In this document: one piece after another, positions 30,301 through 38,766 of the stretch
Numbering within the stretch: position 1 is the first letter of the stretch
Layout of the letters: the number at the start of each line of letters is the position of its first letter
Origin: an uncultured Clostridia bacterium
Lineage (GTDB): Bacteria; Bacillota; Clostridia; Christensenellales; UBA1242
Assembly: GCA_947366545.1 (NCBI GenBank)
Contig: CANBAL010000003.1
Span: forward strand, 55,492 to 119,491
DNA: 64,000 bases
Reading direction: 5' to 3'
Notes under the pieces: generated by a model
Database searches by the model: none
Told to the model about the DNA's origin: nothing
Seen by the model: only the letters and a program-made list of their open reading frames with translations
Translations under genes and position numbers: made by a program

Positions 30301-30689
30301 ATAACGGAAATCTTGAAACTATAAATGGTACAAAAGATGCGTACTCAAGTTATATTGCGGGGGTAAGTTTCAAAAATGAAAACGCCACACTTTCATATTG
30401 CTATAATAATGGTGCAATAGCCCTCGGCATAAGCAGCACAACCAACTTTACTGGTGGTATAGCATATGTTATGAAAAGTGGTAGAGTGTCAGGACTTGTA
30501 GATACAAGTAAAAGCAAAATCATAAATACTTGTTTAGAGACTATAAGACAAGGTGATATGACATATGCAAGTAATGGCAATTTAAGTATCACCTCAAGTT
30601 CGCCTAGCGAAATTGAATTTGACTGCGGCGATGGCAAAACCATGAAGATTGTTTTAGTGGGGGAAGAATACAAAGCATCAATTATTTAG
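21330..30689 (+). CDS. Giant surface lipoprotein (3,119 aa): about 25-30 Fn3/Ig-like modules followed by a C-terminal GLUG-type beta-helix-like region
   Basis: Signal peptide with lipobox SLFAC and SD AAGAGG. Recurrent module starts occur about every 90-110 aa (G.L.W: GYLTWEN, GLLSWDE, RILSWQP, GVLSWTN, GVLTWRN, GELSWTV, GDLSWSI, GRLSWDE). C-terminal ~400 aa: GSKENPYRIANSEQFKNI.., then GLVGRNFGNITGCANNAEV / SGLVLAN / SGLVINN repeats. Confidence 0.9.
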   Translation: MRKKSLLMVLSVVLVSMFSLFACTDKTNSKVKFTQNEIVVSQNEPINFFDYLDLGDFQQTNINFTFSRNDLVKEEMNEYKACDIGGQTTVFANKNGKVLAETKLIVKYKFAPPEKIEISEDGYLTWENSYVYNGSEIKYASQYIVKINGEELPMPVIGNTFFIGEEQGEYLVQIKAKGIEEEYIDASEFSVEKEVCYRVVPKVENVEYLPSQSFGNSEGTITWGAANYFGQDARYNVYLGDIKILNDSEERKVSVDLNNFKAGQSTEIVIEAFIPNSDILSSRRLIPVTKLTNPRVKYQGGLLSWDEDLNAEQYRVFYVDKRDPSINGIINEGNNGSILNGLSHGIYEVQVQAVGMINGNGIFASSGVSNTIDCVKLENPEIAYSVEGSRVIINFTQDEYIKNYTIRYADQVVNFNTTAGLTKIIDMSGLEAGKYEFNIFATPTLSGGEILPWQSAEGESYSNVVNADVKVFTIYKHPAFESVTHSLDEYNNSILTFEAIDYADIYKVTINGEELLFEDVEPVYLENEGKYIVNLNLGDLSSKIVEKYNIVVEAFRKDENSISVSFQKEINLLPVVTAEGTENQENGLFKWQSASEYAKYVYEIYKLDGLYKLGSEELNNAISGITPLVGETENTVINNQINDFGYYYIRIYTRTRNQEVTDRFLDGDFNDENRYYQSIFTVQARLGTPKLTFGLNDETGTYAVTIPNVEFSDKYLISVLYNDETIEDTLFNSPAADRVYFFGTNQFDRAGNYTISVVANSGEEIPKDMEGEFIKILHPNSEISVVNVEKLANPTFTSEDIDQDLILTLKGPSHVGDIIISKNGERLNNEGDNTLDLSQISGEIVFQFIATDEDETDNNYYLDSNPTPYTFVRAARPTNLVHRKGNLIFECADEEYIDEYKVEITLVNTLNPNYTIVASAEKGKEFGLQDYIQNEVKINSRFKSEYEQWSKQKNGVIEIKVFAYKLSYVEVDGKTVFMMPSLAATTPTGEEKLSLVNLDAPEIIGYDTENRILSWQPVGSAIGVTTYDVFVGDERVETNTTGTTYNFNLKNIQFGTAKEITVVAYNDSYLSFASSKPITIKRLNSIQKVNVMQSGEVYFTLPLTGVERVECNGQTVNLNTNTGRVSFNLSDYESDGTANISLGVIAKNEGSDIYYENSLLSNFAFENISNKLIEYTNKGGVLSWTNVTPDFAGVEGNPVTYTITIHRDSPKLITGISENKYPLNSSDLYDLSIGNYSLDVTVVIPDYLIGGKNCKGYYGSLTSAQFSVEKLEVVSEEEISLSLKENDTLRISQRKVNADVIISWPNKWQGEVAFDITINDKSIKSLKEGDLSSDYSLTLSENKYLLTLKQSSYFVAGENNFEIQVNADDAISSNKTTKTINKFATVTKATIDENGLLTIEGEKGDYAISIIYNDKTVDKEISDNSVDIMDLLQLSQGRYTFEVVRFDSKNISLPSVGVYGSSGYRLQGIGSAEIKDTGNVEISLFNESEIDENIVFVAKRNDEVKEFEPQRKEESAIFNYSLMDFIKLFHIENEGKVIIQISVRKTGCVNADWKDVEYNYLARESGVTYTRGRNYNDDYIKITKVEDTTTAITFTLLLAGQTEQNAINRTYLASELEGFWITTEEGGYFTKEKPSNVSPEKIESCYGLSLNSLLREVEKGEVTIIISRIAHSDQGYTQYNSVEISQINKLSKVESVVLRDGVLTWRNSTESDVTGYYVYFYVQDGDALKQSFYKSTTTAFLDIKALTEVQAGTNYYLRVVAVSSKEKFIASNEANQVNAMKYRSPSKVQIQNGRIVFDEQAVLNSDFLTAIKTNYNTTNFVSTMATTTFTNLFHFSASSIRSARIRLQFKDGNRVYYATVNAYDLMPDLSQYTFKSSTTDPIDYLFAIEKEIDGISGSSEFKTNLQAMLDILKNVNGIARNGLLFDDFGRSIPSGNYTITLCQTGLDNIGTITSDYSQECKASVTEAPTIVFSTESQNNKTQYLITFKRVNIRHGLEENAVKANRYVFYLENAYDGKITTFIIENTAGDSGVEYFLKASVKISIPLVYNEADDTLTLNITEHLAALRIAKTTYNFTIYAEGNGYAINGKTDMKTLSLLDINPKNITLEDGELSWTVEDRYNASSTKVVLKQKNVAAITTQIEFVGTKAMLELANVGEYEYIILSLLGGYSNSSMSVDSDSYMIRNLYKLSDISVSASDDHFTIEDPNTLGGYYSIYNDVDGIGNPCTQAGKEYSPTQFKASEYFFRKLGSSGDFTEETLTEIDIEQGADHILAINGVSPIILSSNITSLKVAFLNSIESFNIENGDLSWSINKKNITLPEGHEIVYEVTACIKGDAITRKQTLYTAATTLDTLLFTELPDLSNDQKYVFEVRALAYKLTEDNGDIQTVEGKNYLKTQITIDDKVLLAGKEYTYSGGEGGITRAATPTGISTKYGRLSWDETGGLRYGFRTSVTQEVSLENLKYGDNPHKLFIYSYQKGVADKIKSKLQPVTFNGDSRIYKLPQVEKDDFVLLPREGFVEIDLSNLYTRKTISGTDAYYRVKLTVIVDESEYVAYSYKDANQNFSLYFKEEEFGAKDNVITVPSTYKSLGLKFQVVDNQGTTQRIMTLNGEETPYDITPLMWGKGDTVTWNNEKMQFEWTYTTDSADKIVPMYRVKVSYLVVDGLVKTVKTEEAEVFTNYYQPRRLGNITKIEVWVRKDANSIYSTEPIRYDPTKEEIYGQNGIVYNIFAGGDGSKENPYRIANSEQFKNIKYRNNQEIKYYFQQTADIDFSIKGFGLNEAFYGEYNGYFNGVKTLNLTLSPSAVATENGGSLSLGFKFATSARQNVDVTFGGFGGLFKEIAAGGVVKNLSLSLNFNGAPLKQNALMTGLALINYGKIENINIISVTSSYTISSGSSNNTLAQAGLVGRNFGNITGCANNAEVNVRLNSPYANNVIVSGLVLANEKDQSIKGIISDSYNNGNITVTNTKKNSMIWISGLVINNTSEILRSGNNGNLETINGTKDAYSSYIAGVSFKNENATLSYCYNNGAIALGISSTTNFTGGIAYVMKSGRVSGLVDTSKSKIINTCLETIRQGDMTYASNGNLSITSSSPSEIEFDCGDGKTMKIVLVGEEYKASII

Positions 30690-30722
30690 TATTTTTATAT
30701 CAAAAAGAGAATAACATACAAT

Positions 30723-31556
30723 ATGAAAAAATGTCTGATAGTTTTGGCAATGTTGTTTTCATGTTGTATGTTTTTTTCTTGCAAAACTTTAGAGCCAAAG
30801 TCTAATGAATTTATTATGCTTTCAATCTCTAATGAGACAAATGGGCAGGTAAGGCAATCTTTGTATTTTACACTTGGTAGTGAAAAGTTGAAGGCGGCAG
30901 GGCTTGACGCACTTGAAATAGAGGGGGTAAAACGTGAACTAATTAAAAATGTCACTCGCTTTCGTGATGAGTTTTATTTAAGTTTTATTATTACCTATAA
31001 TTCAAATCCCAATCCCCAGCAGAAGATAGGCGAAAAACTTGTTGTCTCGCAAACCGCATACAACGAAACAAGTGATACGGTTGGATTTAGCATAGTTTTT
31101 TCCTCCATGGAAACATGGAATTATTATCACTCTTCCAGCGGCGGGGGAGAGAGTGAAAGTGAAATCGGGTTTATGATTAAAACTTCATCCACTGGCACCT
31201 TTCCTTTTGCGGCTAAAATAGGAGATATTACAATAGGGGAAAGATATGAAAGTGCTTACTTAAATTCACTCAAAAGTGTCACAAATAAAAATGTCGAATA
31301 TGACCCCGATTTTGTCTATGACTATGCGACTCCGTCAAGCGTTATAAAAAGCGATAGTGAATACAAGTTTGAAAGTGGACTAAAACACCACTTGTGGCTA
31401 AGAAAAATGGAAGAATATAAGCAAAATGATAAAATCAACATTTACACTTTGCAGCCAAATCGAGGGCTTTGGTATCTCACAATACTTGCTTTCACTCTTT
31501 TAGGTCTTGGCATTGCGATAGTTATTATTAAGTTAAAAGATAAAAAACGGCGTTAA
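30723..31556 (+). CDS. Lipoprotein with a C-terminal TM anchor, unknown function, co-transcribed with the giant lipoprotein gene
   Basis: Lipobox MFFSC and a C-terminal LWYLTILAFTLLGLGIAIVII-KLKDKKRR. It starts 33 nt after the giant gene stop and a terminator follows. Confidence 0.7.
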   Translation: MKKCLIVLAMLFSCCMFFSCKTLEPKSNEFIMLSISNETNGQVRQSLYFTLGSEKLKAAGLDALEIEGVKRELIKNVTRFRDEFYLSFIITYNSNPNPQQKIGEKLVVSQTAYNETSDTVGFSIVFSSMETWNYYHSSSGGGESESEIGFMIKTSSTGTFPFAAKIGDITIGERYESAYLNSLKSVTNKNVEYDPDFVYDYATPSSVIKSDSEYKFESGLKHHLWLRKMEEYKQNDKINIYTLQPNRGLWYLTILAFTLLGLGIAIVIIKLKDKKRR

Positions 31557-31572
31557 GCCGTTTTTATTTTTT
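31545..31572 (+). terminator. Rho-independent terminator after the giant-lipoprotein operon
   Basis: AAACGGC-GTTAA-GCCGTTT hairpin followed by a T-run. Confidence 0.6.
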
Positions 31573-31648
31573 GAAATTTCTTTTTATCTTTCTTGAAATT
31601 TGGCAAACTATGTGATAAACTAGAAAGGTTAAAAGGACGCTTAAGAAA

Positions 31649-33484
31649 ATGAAGAACGAGAAAATTAGGAATATTGCTATTATTGCGCATGTCGACCATG
31701 GTAAAACCTCCCTTGTTGACGCTTTGCTAAAACAGGGCAGTGTATTTAGGGATAACCAAGTTGTAACAGATAGAGTTATGGACAGCAACGCTATTGAAAG
31801 AGAGAGGGGAATTACTATACTTTCAAAGAACTGCTCCTGCCTTTATAATGATGTAAAAATAAATATTATCGACACTCCAGGCCACGCAGATTTTGGTGGC
31901 GAGGTTGAACGAGTGCTTAAAATGGTAGACGGAGTACTCCTTGTAGTAGACGCCTATGAAGGACCTATGCCACAAACACGCTTTGTGCTTGAAAAGGCAC
32001 TTGCATTAAAATTAAAGGTTGTTGTGGTAATTAATAAGATAGATAGACCAGACGCCAGAATTGGTGAGGTTATTGATGAGGTGCTTGAACTTTTCCTTGA
32101 ACTTGATGCAGATGAAGATCAACTCAATTCTCCTTTTGTCTTTGTTTCTGCAAGACAGGGGATTGCTTCACTTGATAAAGATAAAAAGGGCAGTGATATG
32201 AAACCTCTTTTTGAGAAGATTATAGAGCATATTCCTGCACCAGAAGGTGATGAGAAGGGCGCTATGCAGATGCTTGTTTCTTCTGCGGAGCATAACGACT
32301 ATGTTGGAAAACTTGCTGTCGGCAAATTAACACGCGGCTCACTTTATGTAGGACAAAATGTTGTATTGTGTAACTACCATGATAGTGCGAAAACAGTGCG
32401 CTCAAAGGTTGTCAGCCTGTTTGTATTTGAAGGTGTGAAGAGGGTGCCAGTAAACTCTGTGCCTATCGGGGAGATTGCGTGTGTTGCCGGCCTTGAGGAT
32501 GTGCAAATTGGCGATACCATATGTGACAGCAGTGCTATTGAGCCTATTGAATTTGTAAAGATTGCTGAGCCTAGCGTTGAGATGACCTTTATGGTTAATG
32601 ACAGCCCTCTTGCAGGCAAGGAAGGTAAATATGTAACCACCCGTCATATAAGAGATAGGCTTTTCAAGGAGGCCGTAAAAGACCTTTCTTTAAGGGTGCA
32701 AGACGGTGATACTGCAGATACCTTCAAGGTATGTGGCAGAGGGGAAATGCATCTGTCTATACTTATTGAAAATATGAGAAGGGATGGCTATGAATTTCAG
32801 GTCAGCATGCCAAAAGTATTGATTAAAACAATAGACGGCAAGAAGTGTGAGCCTGTCGATAGACTTTTCCTTGATGTACCTGAGGACTGTGTTGGGACGG
32901 TTATGATGAAGATGGGTGTAAGAAAGGGGGAACTTGTTGGAATGACCCCTCACGGCAGCAGAATGAAAATGGAGTTTACCATACCTTCACGTGGACTTTT
33001 CGGATTTAAGTCAGAACTTCTTACCGATACTAGAGGTGAGGGTGTAATAAATTCAATCTTCTATAGATATGAGCCATGGAAGGGAGAAATTAATAGGCGT
33101 GAATATGGCTCTCTTATCGCACACGAAAGTGGTGAGGCGATAGTTTATGGACTATATAATGCACAAGAGCGAGGCGACCTCTTTATAGGTGCTGGCGTTC
33201 CTGTTTATGCTGGAATGGTTGTTGGTCAAAACCCTAAGGGCGGCGACATTGTTGTGAATGTATGTAAGAAAAAGCACCTTTCCAACTGCCGTGCTTCTGG
33301 CTCTGATGAAGCACTTAGGCTTACCCCTCCAAGAAAACTTAGTTTGGAAGATGCAATCGAATTTTTGGCGGATGACGAACTATTAGAGGTTACGCCAAAG
33401 AGTATGAGAATTAGAAAATTAATCTTGGACCACAATATGAGATTAAGGGAGCGTGGTAAAACACTTAGAGGGGAGGAAGAATGA
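31649..33484 (+). CDS. typA: Translational GTPase TypA/BipA
   Basis: IRNIAIIAHVDHGKTSLVD, DTPGHADFGGEVER, NKIDR. 611 aa with the typical BipA C-terminal domain. Confidence 0.95.
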   Translation: MKNEKIRNIAIIAHVDHGKTSLVDALLKQGSVFRDNQVVTDRVMDSNAIERERGITILSKNCSCLYNDVKINIIDTPGHADFGGEVERVLKMVDGVLLVVDAYEGPMPQTRFVLEKALALKLKVVVVINKIDRPDARIGEVIDEVLELFLELDADEDQLNSPFVFVSARQGIASLDKDKKGSDMKPLFEKIIEHIPAPEGDEKGAMQMLVSSAEHNDYVGKLAVGKLTRGSLYVGQNVVLCNYHDSAKTVRSKVVSLFVFEGVKRVPVNSVPIGEIACVAGLEDVQIGDTICDSSAIEPIEFVKIAEPSVEMTFMVNDSPLAGKEGKYVTTRHIRDRLFKEAVKDLSLRVQDGDTADTFKVCGRGEMHLSILIENMRRDGYEFQVSMPKVLIKTIDGKKCEPVDRLFLDVPEDCVGTVMMKMGVRKGELVGMTPHGSRMKMEFTIPSRGLFGFKSELLTDTRGEGVINSIFYRYEPWKGEINRREYGSLIAHESGEAIVYGLYNAQERGDLFIGAGVPVYAGMVVGQNPKGGDIVVNVCKKKHLSNCRASGSDEALRLTPPRKLSLEDAIEFLADDELLEVTPKSMRIRKLILDHNMRLRERGKTLRGEEE

Positions 33485-33744
33485 AACTTGACCCGCAAGC
33501 GAATAAGCAACTGCATAGAAAATACAAACGAATGATTTGGTTTGTATGTATTTTCTTTGTCTTTGGTGCAATTATTTCCTATCTGCTTGTGCTTGCTGGA
33601 CTTCATCCTGTACTTAATGGGTTTATAATTATCTGCCTTGCAGGTGTTTTCTACTTGCTGTTTTTACTTATATGTGCTAAAATTGATAAAAAGAGAGAGG
33701 AAAAGCGGGAGAAGGAATCAAACCGCGACCCTTTTGCTCACTAG
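33481..33744 (+). CDS. Small two-TM membrane protein, unknown function
   Basis: 87 aa with two hydrophobic helices and a charged tail. ATGA overlap with the typA stop. Confidence 0.5.
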   Translation: MKLDPQANKQLHRKYKRMIWFVCIFFVFGAIISYLLVLAGLHPVLNGFIIICLAGVFYLLFLLICAKIDKKREEKREKESNRDPFAH

Positions 33745-33753
33745 GAGGATGAA

Positions 33754-35187
33754 ATGGCTGATTACAAAATTATGCCTCACAACATTGAAGCCGAGCAGGC
33801 TGTGCTGGGCTGTATTTTGATTGATACGCAGGCACAGGTTGATATTTTGGCTCTTATAAAAACCGAGGATTTTTATAGTGAGGCTCATCAGCAAATTTAT
33901 AATTCTATGCTAAAGATTTATCAGCGTAGTGTACCTGTTGATTTTGTCACTCTTGCCGACCAACTTGAAAAAGATAAAATTCTTGAAAAGGTGGGCGGGA
34001 TTGAATATATCACCTTCCTTACCAATGCAGTGCCTTCGGCAGCCAATTTTAATTTTTATTGTGATATAGTTAAGGCGGCCTCTGTGAGAAGAAAACTCAT
34101 AAAGGGCGGACAAGATATAATTGAAACGGCATATGAAGAGGAAGATAAAGATAAAGCCCTTCAATATGGCGAAAAAGTTATATTTGATATTGCTGAAAAA
34201 CAAGAGCGCAGTTCACTAGAACATGTCGGTAAACCAGGCGGAGCAATTCAAAAGGTAATAAACACTTTTGACGCTATTGCGAAAGACCCAACCTCGCTTA
34301 ATGGTATTCCTACTGGTTTTAAGGAATTTGACTCAATAACAAACGGATTACAAAACAGCGATCTTATTTTGCTTGCCGCAAGACCTTCTGTAGGTAAAAC
34401 TTCACTTGCTATGAATATCATAACTCAGGCGGCGATCGACCAAGGTAAAAAATGTGCGGTGTTCTCTCTTGAAATGTCTCGTGAACAACTTATGCAAAGG
34501 GCGATATGCTCGGTTGCAAAGGTAAGCATGGCGAAGGCACTTAACGGAAGTATGGATCCTGATGAGTGGAAAAGAATTTTAACTGCAACCAAAAAACTAG
34601 AGCAAAGCGGACTTTATGTTGATGACTCAAGTATGACCACACCTACCGACCTGCTTTCAAAATGCCGTAGACTTAAGGCGAAAGAAAATATCGACCTTAT
34701 CATGGTGGACTATATTCAATTAATGACCAGCGGAAATAAAAGAAATGATAACAGACAACTTGAAGTCAGTGAAATTTCAAGAACACTTAAAATTGCTGCA
34801 AAGGAACTTAATGTTCCAATCATAGTGCTGTCACAATTATCGCGTGCGGTGGAAAGTCGTGCGGGTGATCATAGACCTATGCTTGCCGATCTTCGTGATT
34901 CTGGTGCGATTGAGCAGGATGCCGACATAGTGCTTTTCCTTTATAATGCTGAAAAGTACAATGATGTACCACAAGAAGATGAGCCAGGTACTGTTGAATT
35001 AATCATCGCAAAGCATCGTCGTGGTAGAACTGGCACGGTGAAATTGCGCTGGATAGGAGAATACACCACCTTCACCAACCTTAACGACAAAACATTGCTG
35101 CAAAAGAAGGAGGCTCCAAAGCCTGTGCAACAACCACAAGATGAAAAGCCACTTGAAGATGTGAAAGTCGATATTTTTAATGATTAG
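33754..35187 (+). CDS. dnaB: Replicative DNA helicase DnaB (DnaC in Bacillus nomenclature)
   Basis: PHNIEAEQAVLGCIL N-terminus, Walker A AARPSVGKTSLAMN, LSQLSR and RDSGAIEQDADIV motifs. SD AGGAGG upstream. Confidence 0.95.
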   Translation: MADYKIMPHNIEAEQAVLGCILIDTQAQVDILALIKTEDFYSEAHQQIYNSMLKIYQRSVPVDFVTLADQLEKDKILEKVGGIEYITFLTNAVPSAANFNFYCDIVKAASVRRKLIKGGQDIIETAYEEEDKDKALQYGEKVIFDIAEKQERSSLEHVGKPGGAIQKVINTFDAIAKDPTSLNGIPTGFKEFDSITNGLQNSDLILLAARPSVGKTSLAMNIITQAAIDQGKKCAVFSLEMSREQLMQRAICSVAKVSMAKALNGSMDPDEWKRILTATKKLEQSGLYVDDSSMTTPTDLLSKCRRLKAKENIDLIMVDYIQLMTSGNKRNDNRQLEVSEISRTLKIAAKELNVPIIVLSQLSRAVESRAGDHRPMLADLRDSGAIEQDADIVLFLYNAEKYNDVPQEDEPGTVELIIAKHRRGRTGTVKLRWIGEYTTFTNLNDKTLLQKKEAPKPVQQPQDEKPLEDVKVDIFND

Positions 35188-35195
35188 GAGGAAAG

Positions 35196-36083
35196 ATGTC
35201 AAAAGCCAAGAAATGGACAATCGCTCTTGCTGTGATAGTGTTAATTGCGGTAATTGCCGTAGTACTTATCGTTTGTCTGCCTAAAAATGTGCAGGATGTT
35301 AAAGATAGGGCGTTTAAAGAGCAAGAAATAAGTTTCTTGCAAACCGATGAAGATTTAAATCTTTACAACTCTTTTGTAAGCAAAATTGAAAAAGATGCTC
35401 CAAGTTATAAGCAGGATGCGGAAAATGCGAGAACGGTATCCTACATGCTTGTGAATGTGCTTGATTTTTATAATGACAATCTTGTTTTTGCGAAAGATAA
35501 TAACACCTTTCAGTCCGAGTATAGAGTGGTGCTTGATAATTTTAATAAAGTAAACTCTTATGAAAAATCCATGAGGGCAATACTTAAAGAAGTAAATGAT
35601 TATGTAGGTTCAGATGCACCTACCTATATCACAGGCTCTTGGCAAAAATTTGAAAAGGAATTTAAAAACTATCTTGCAAGTTACACAAAGGTGCTTGACG
35701 GTCTCGGCAAAGTTTATATAGATTGTGTGCCAAAGGGGATAAACAATAACGCATTTACCAGCCTTGTTGTCACGACCATGACAGACTACTTGAATGTTTT
35801 GACGGACGCAACAGAAAACTATTCTTCGGTGTTAACAAAAGCGAATACATTTGTAAACCGATATATTGTTACAACCACCAATATGCAAAAATACGAATTC
35901 AGTGATAAATTAAAGGGCGAAGTAGCCAAGATAAATAAGTTCGCTTCTGTTTATAAAGAAAATATAACTGCAGTAATAAAGAGTATAAACGGCTCTCAAA
36001 TTACCTACAAAACCATAGATGCAGATAAAGACGGAATACTCGTCTCCCTTAAATCCTTTCTTGAAGGAGGTATAAACGCATGA
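35196..36083 (+). CDS. Membrane-anchored (N-terminal TM) helical protein, unknown function
   Basis: SD AGGAGG. The TM segment WTIALAVIVLIAVIAVVLIV is followed by 260 aa with no motif I recognise. Confidence 0.65.
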   Translation: MSKAKKWTIALAVIVLIAVIAVVLIVCLPKNVQDVKDRAFKEQEISFLQTDEDLNLYNSFVSKIEKDAPSYKQDAENARTVSYMLVNVLDFYNDNLVFAKDNNTFQSEYRVVLDNFNKVNSYEKSMRAILKEVNDYVGSDAPTYITGSWQKFEKEFKNYLASYTKVLDGLGKVYIDCVPKGINNNAFTSLVVTTMTDYLNVLTDATENYSSVLTKANTFVNRYIVTTTNMQKYEFSDKLKGEVAKINKFASVYKENITAVIKSINGSQITYKTIDADKDGILVSLKSFLEGGINA

Positions 36084-37135
36084 AAAAGTTTAATAAAATT
36101 TTCTTAAGTTTATTACTTGTTGTTTGCAGTGTGGCCATGTTTGCTTGCGGCGGCGGGTCGCCAAAAACGCCTTATAGTGAACTAGAAGGCACAATGACTG
36201 AAATTGCGGCGCATGATATGTTCTCTTTTTCAAGTGTTGACAGTGTTGGCAGCAAGTATATTTTGAAAAGTTTTACGAGTTCGGGCGATAAATATGTAAA
36301 TGAAAGCCTTGTTATACCTATGAATTTTATCAATAATTACCAAGACTTATCTCAAGCAAAAGAGATGAAAAATTTGTCAGGTGAGCAAACAAACGCCATA
36401 CAAAATCTTGAGAGGGAACTTACCCAGTTTAAAGAAGGGTACAATCAATTAAAAAATGAATATGATAGATTTATAATTTTCCAAACCCCAGGTTCTATAT
36501 ATGAAGGTGTAAGACAGGCATTTTTGTATGAGATTACTGATTTTATTCAAGATGCTTATGACCTTGCCTTTAAACTTGCCGATGTCCAAATAAAGGTATT
36601 TAATAATTACGCAAATAAGGAAGAAAGTGCAGAGGCACTGACAACTAACGATACAAAATTCTTTAGAGATTACCTTGCTTTGAATGTAGGACATGATTAT
36701 TATAATATTCTTCTTCCAGCCGTTAAATCGATGAATTATGATACAAGTTCATCGCTTGGCACATTTCTGAATAATGTTAAAAATGATTTTGCAGACTTTT
36801 TAAGCCTTTATGTTAGCAAAAGTAACTTTGCCGACTTGACTGGCGAGGCTGCCACTAAAAAAGAAAACGGCAAGGATGTGAATTTCTATAAAAACGAAAA
36901 GGTAACAAGCCTTTATCAAATTGAGAATAAGTTAAAGGTAGAAAGAGATATGCTTGAGAAATCATTAAATGAATTTTCATTGTATGACTACCTTGAAAAA
37001 TACAACTGCGATATTGATAGTTACAATAAAGTAAATGCGTATGCACAGACCTATTACAATCAAATACAGGTGTACTACTTAACAACTCTAAAAAACTATA
37101 TAACATATTTAAGAACTATTTTATTTAGGAGTTAA
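36080..37135 (+). CDS. Lipoprotein, unknown function (translationally coupled to the preceding gene)
   Basis: Lipobox AMFAC-GGGS. SD GGAGG. ATGA overlap with the upstream stop. Confidence 0.65.
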   Translation: MKKFNKIFLSLLLVVCSVAMFACGGGSPKTPYSELEGTMTEIAAHDMFSFSSVDSVGSKYILKSFTSSGDKYVNESLVIPMNFINNYQDLSQAKEMKNLSGEQTNAIQNLERELTQFKEGYNQLKNEYDRFIIFQTPGSIYEGVRQAFLYEITDFIQDAYDLAFKLADVQIKVFNNYANKEESAEALTTNDTKFFRDYLALNVGHDYYNILLPAVKSMNYDTSSSLGTFLNNVKNDFADFLSLYVSKSNFADLTGEAATKKENGKDVNFYKNEKVTSLYQIENKLKVERDMLEKSLNEFSLYDYLEKYNCDIDSYNKVNAYAQTYYNQIQVYYLTTLKNYITYLRTILFRS

Positions 37136-37136
37136 T

Positions 37137-38762
37137 ATGGATTACAAAAAACTGGCCGAACTACTTTATCCAAATGTAAAATTGACGCCAAAAGATATTT
37201 TTGAGAAATATCCACCTCGCAATCTTAAAAATGGCGAGGTTGTTTCTCGTTTTGCGCCAAGTCCAACAGGCTTTATGCATATTGGCAACTTTTTCCAAAT
37301 GTTCATTAGTTATTCGCTTTGTAAGGTGACAAACGGAGTGTTTTTTCTGAGAATGGAAGACACCGATGCTAAACGAGAAGTGGAGGGGGCAAGAGCGTTC
37401 ATTTATGATATATTGAATCGCTTTGGTATTAAAGTCGATGAATATCCTACTTTGGAAGGAAAAGATGTCGGTGCTTATGGACCCTATGTTCAAAGTAAAA
37501 GAAAAGAGATATATCAAGTTTTTGCAAAAGATTTAGTTGCAAGAGGTAAGGCGTTCCCTTGTTTTTGTAAGAAGACCGAGGGGAAAGAGGAAATTCTTGA
37601 AGAGCGTAAAACAAAGTTTCTCGAAAACGATGAAACAGAATATGACCCATGCCGTGATTTAAGTTATGAAGAGGTTAAGGCACATATTGATAATGGCGAG
37701 GCTTTTGCAATCAGACTTAGGACAAAAAACACAGGAAAAGAAAGAATTGTTTTCCATGATTTAATAAAAGGCGATATAGAGGCGAAGGCAAATGCTAAGG
37801 ATGTAATACTTCTAAAAAGTGACGGAATACCACCTTACCCATTTGCTCATGCGATTGATGACACTCTTATGGGGACAAATGTTGTCGTAAGAGGGGAGGA
37901 GTACATAAGTTCAACCCCAGTTCACCTTGAAATTTTTGATGCACTTGGCTTTAAGCCAATAGCATATTGCCACAATCCAGCGGTTTGTAAGATAGGGGAG
38001 AATGGCAATCGCAGAAAGATATCAAAACGCTACGACCCTGAGGCAAAAATGTTGTACTACTTTGAAGAAGGGTACCCAGCAAACGCTGTGCTTGAATATC
38101 TACTTAATATTGTAAATTCTGGTTTTGAAAAGTGGAGAGCGCAAAATCCAGATGCCGACTGGCAGGATTTCAGATTTGGAATAAACGATATTACTGCGGT
38201 GGCACCTATATTTGACCTTGCAAAATTAAACGATATTTCAAAAAATATAATCGCTAAAATGAACGCGGAAGAGGTTTATGAAAACTGGCTTAACTGGGCA
38301 AAGGAATTTAAGCCTGACCTTGCTAAGTATCTTGAAGATAATAGGAATTATGCTATTAAAATCTGTGGTATAGATAGGGGCGGATTAAAACCAAGAAAAG
38401 ATATTTATAAGTGGAGCATGATAGAAGACTATTTCTCATACATGCTTGCTCGCCCAACAGAAACTGAAGAGATAGATAATGCCCAATATTATAAAGAGTT
38501 TTTGGCTGAATATAGTAAAAACTTTAAATTGCCGGCCGAAAAGGATGAATGGTTTGCAGGGGTGAAGGCAACCGCTGAAAAACTTGGCTATGCTACTGAT
38601 AATAAGGCGTATAAAGCAAATCCAGAGGTATATAAAGGTAACACTGCTAAGGCTTGTGAGTACATTCGCCTTGCCCTCACTGGTAAAAAGAATTCACCAG
38701 ATATCTATGAACTTATGACAATTTTAGGCGAAAAAGAAACAAAGGAAAGACTTTCAAAATAA
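37137..38762 (+). CDS. gltX: Glutamate--tRNA ligase family (class I GlxRS)
   Basis: RFAPSPTGFMHIGN (HIGH motif) and KISKR (KMSKS motif). 541 aa. Confidence 0.85.
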   Translation: MDYKKLAELLYPNVKLTPKDIFEKYPPRNLKNGEVVSRFAPSPTGFMHIGNFFQMFISYSLCKVTNGVFFLRMEDTDAKREVEGARAFIYDILNRFGIKVDEYPTLEGKDVGAYGPYVQSKRKEIYQVFAKDLVARGKAFPCFCKKTEGKEEILEERKTKFLENDETEYDPCRDLSYEEVKAHIDNGEAFAIRLRTKNTGKERIVFHDLIKGDIEAKANAKDVILLKSDGIPPYPFAHAIDDTLMGTNVVVRGEEYISSTPVHLEIFDALGFKPIAYCHNPAVCKIGENGNRRKISKRYDPEAKMLYYFEEGYPANAVLEYLLNIVNSGFEKWRAQNPDADWQDFRFGINDITAVAPIFDLAKLNDISKNIIAKMNAEEVYENWLNWAKEFKPDLAKYLEDNRNYAIKICGIDRGGLKPRKDIYKWSMIEDYFSYMLARPTETEEIDNAQYYKEFLAEYSKNFKLPAEKDEWFAGVKATAEKLGYATDNKAYKANPEVYKGNTAKACEYIRLALTGKKNSPDIYELMTILGEKETKERLSK

Positions 38763-38766
38763 AAAA

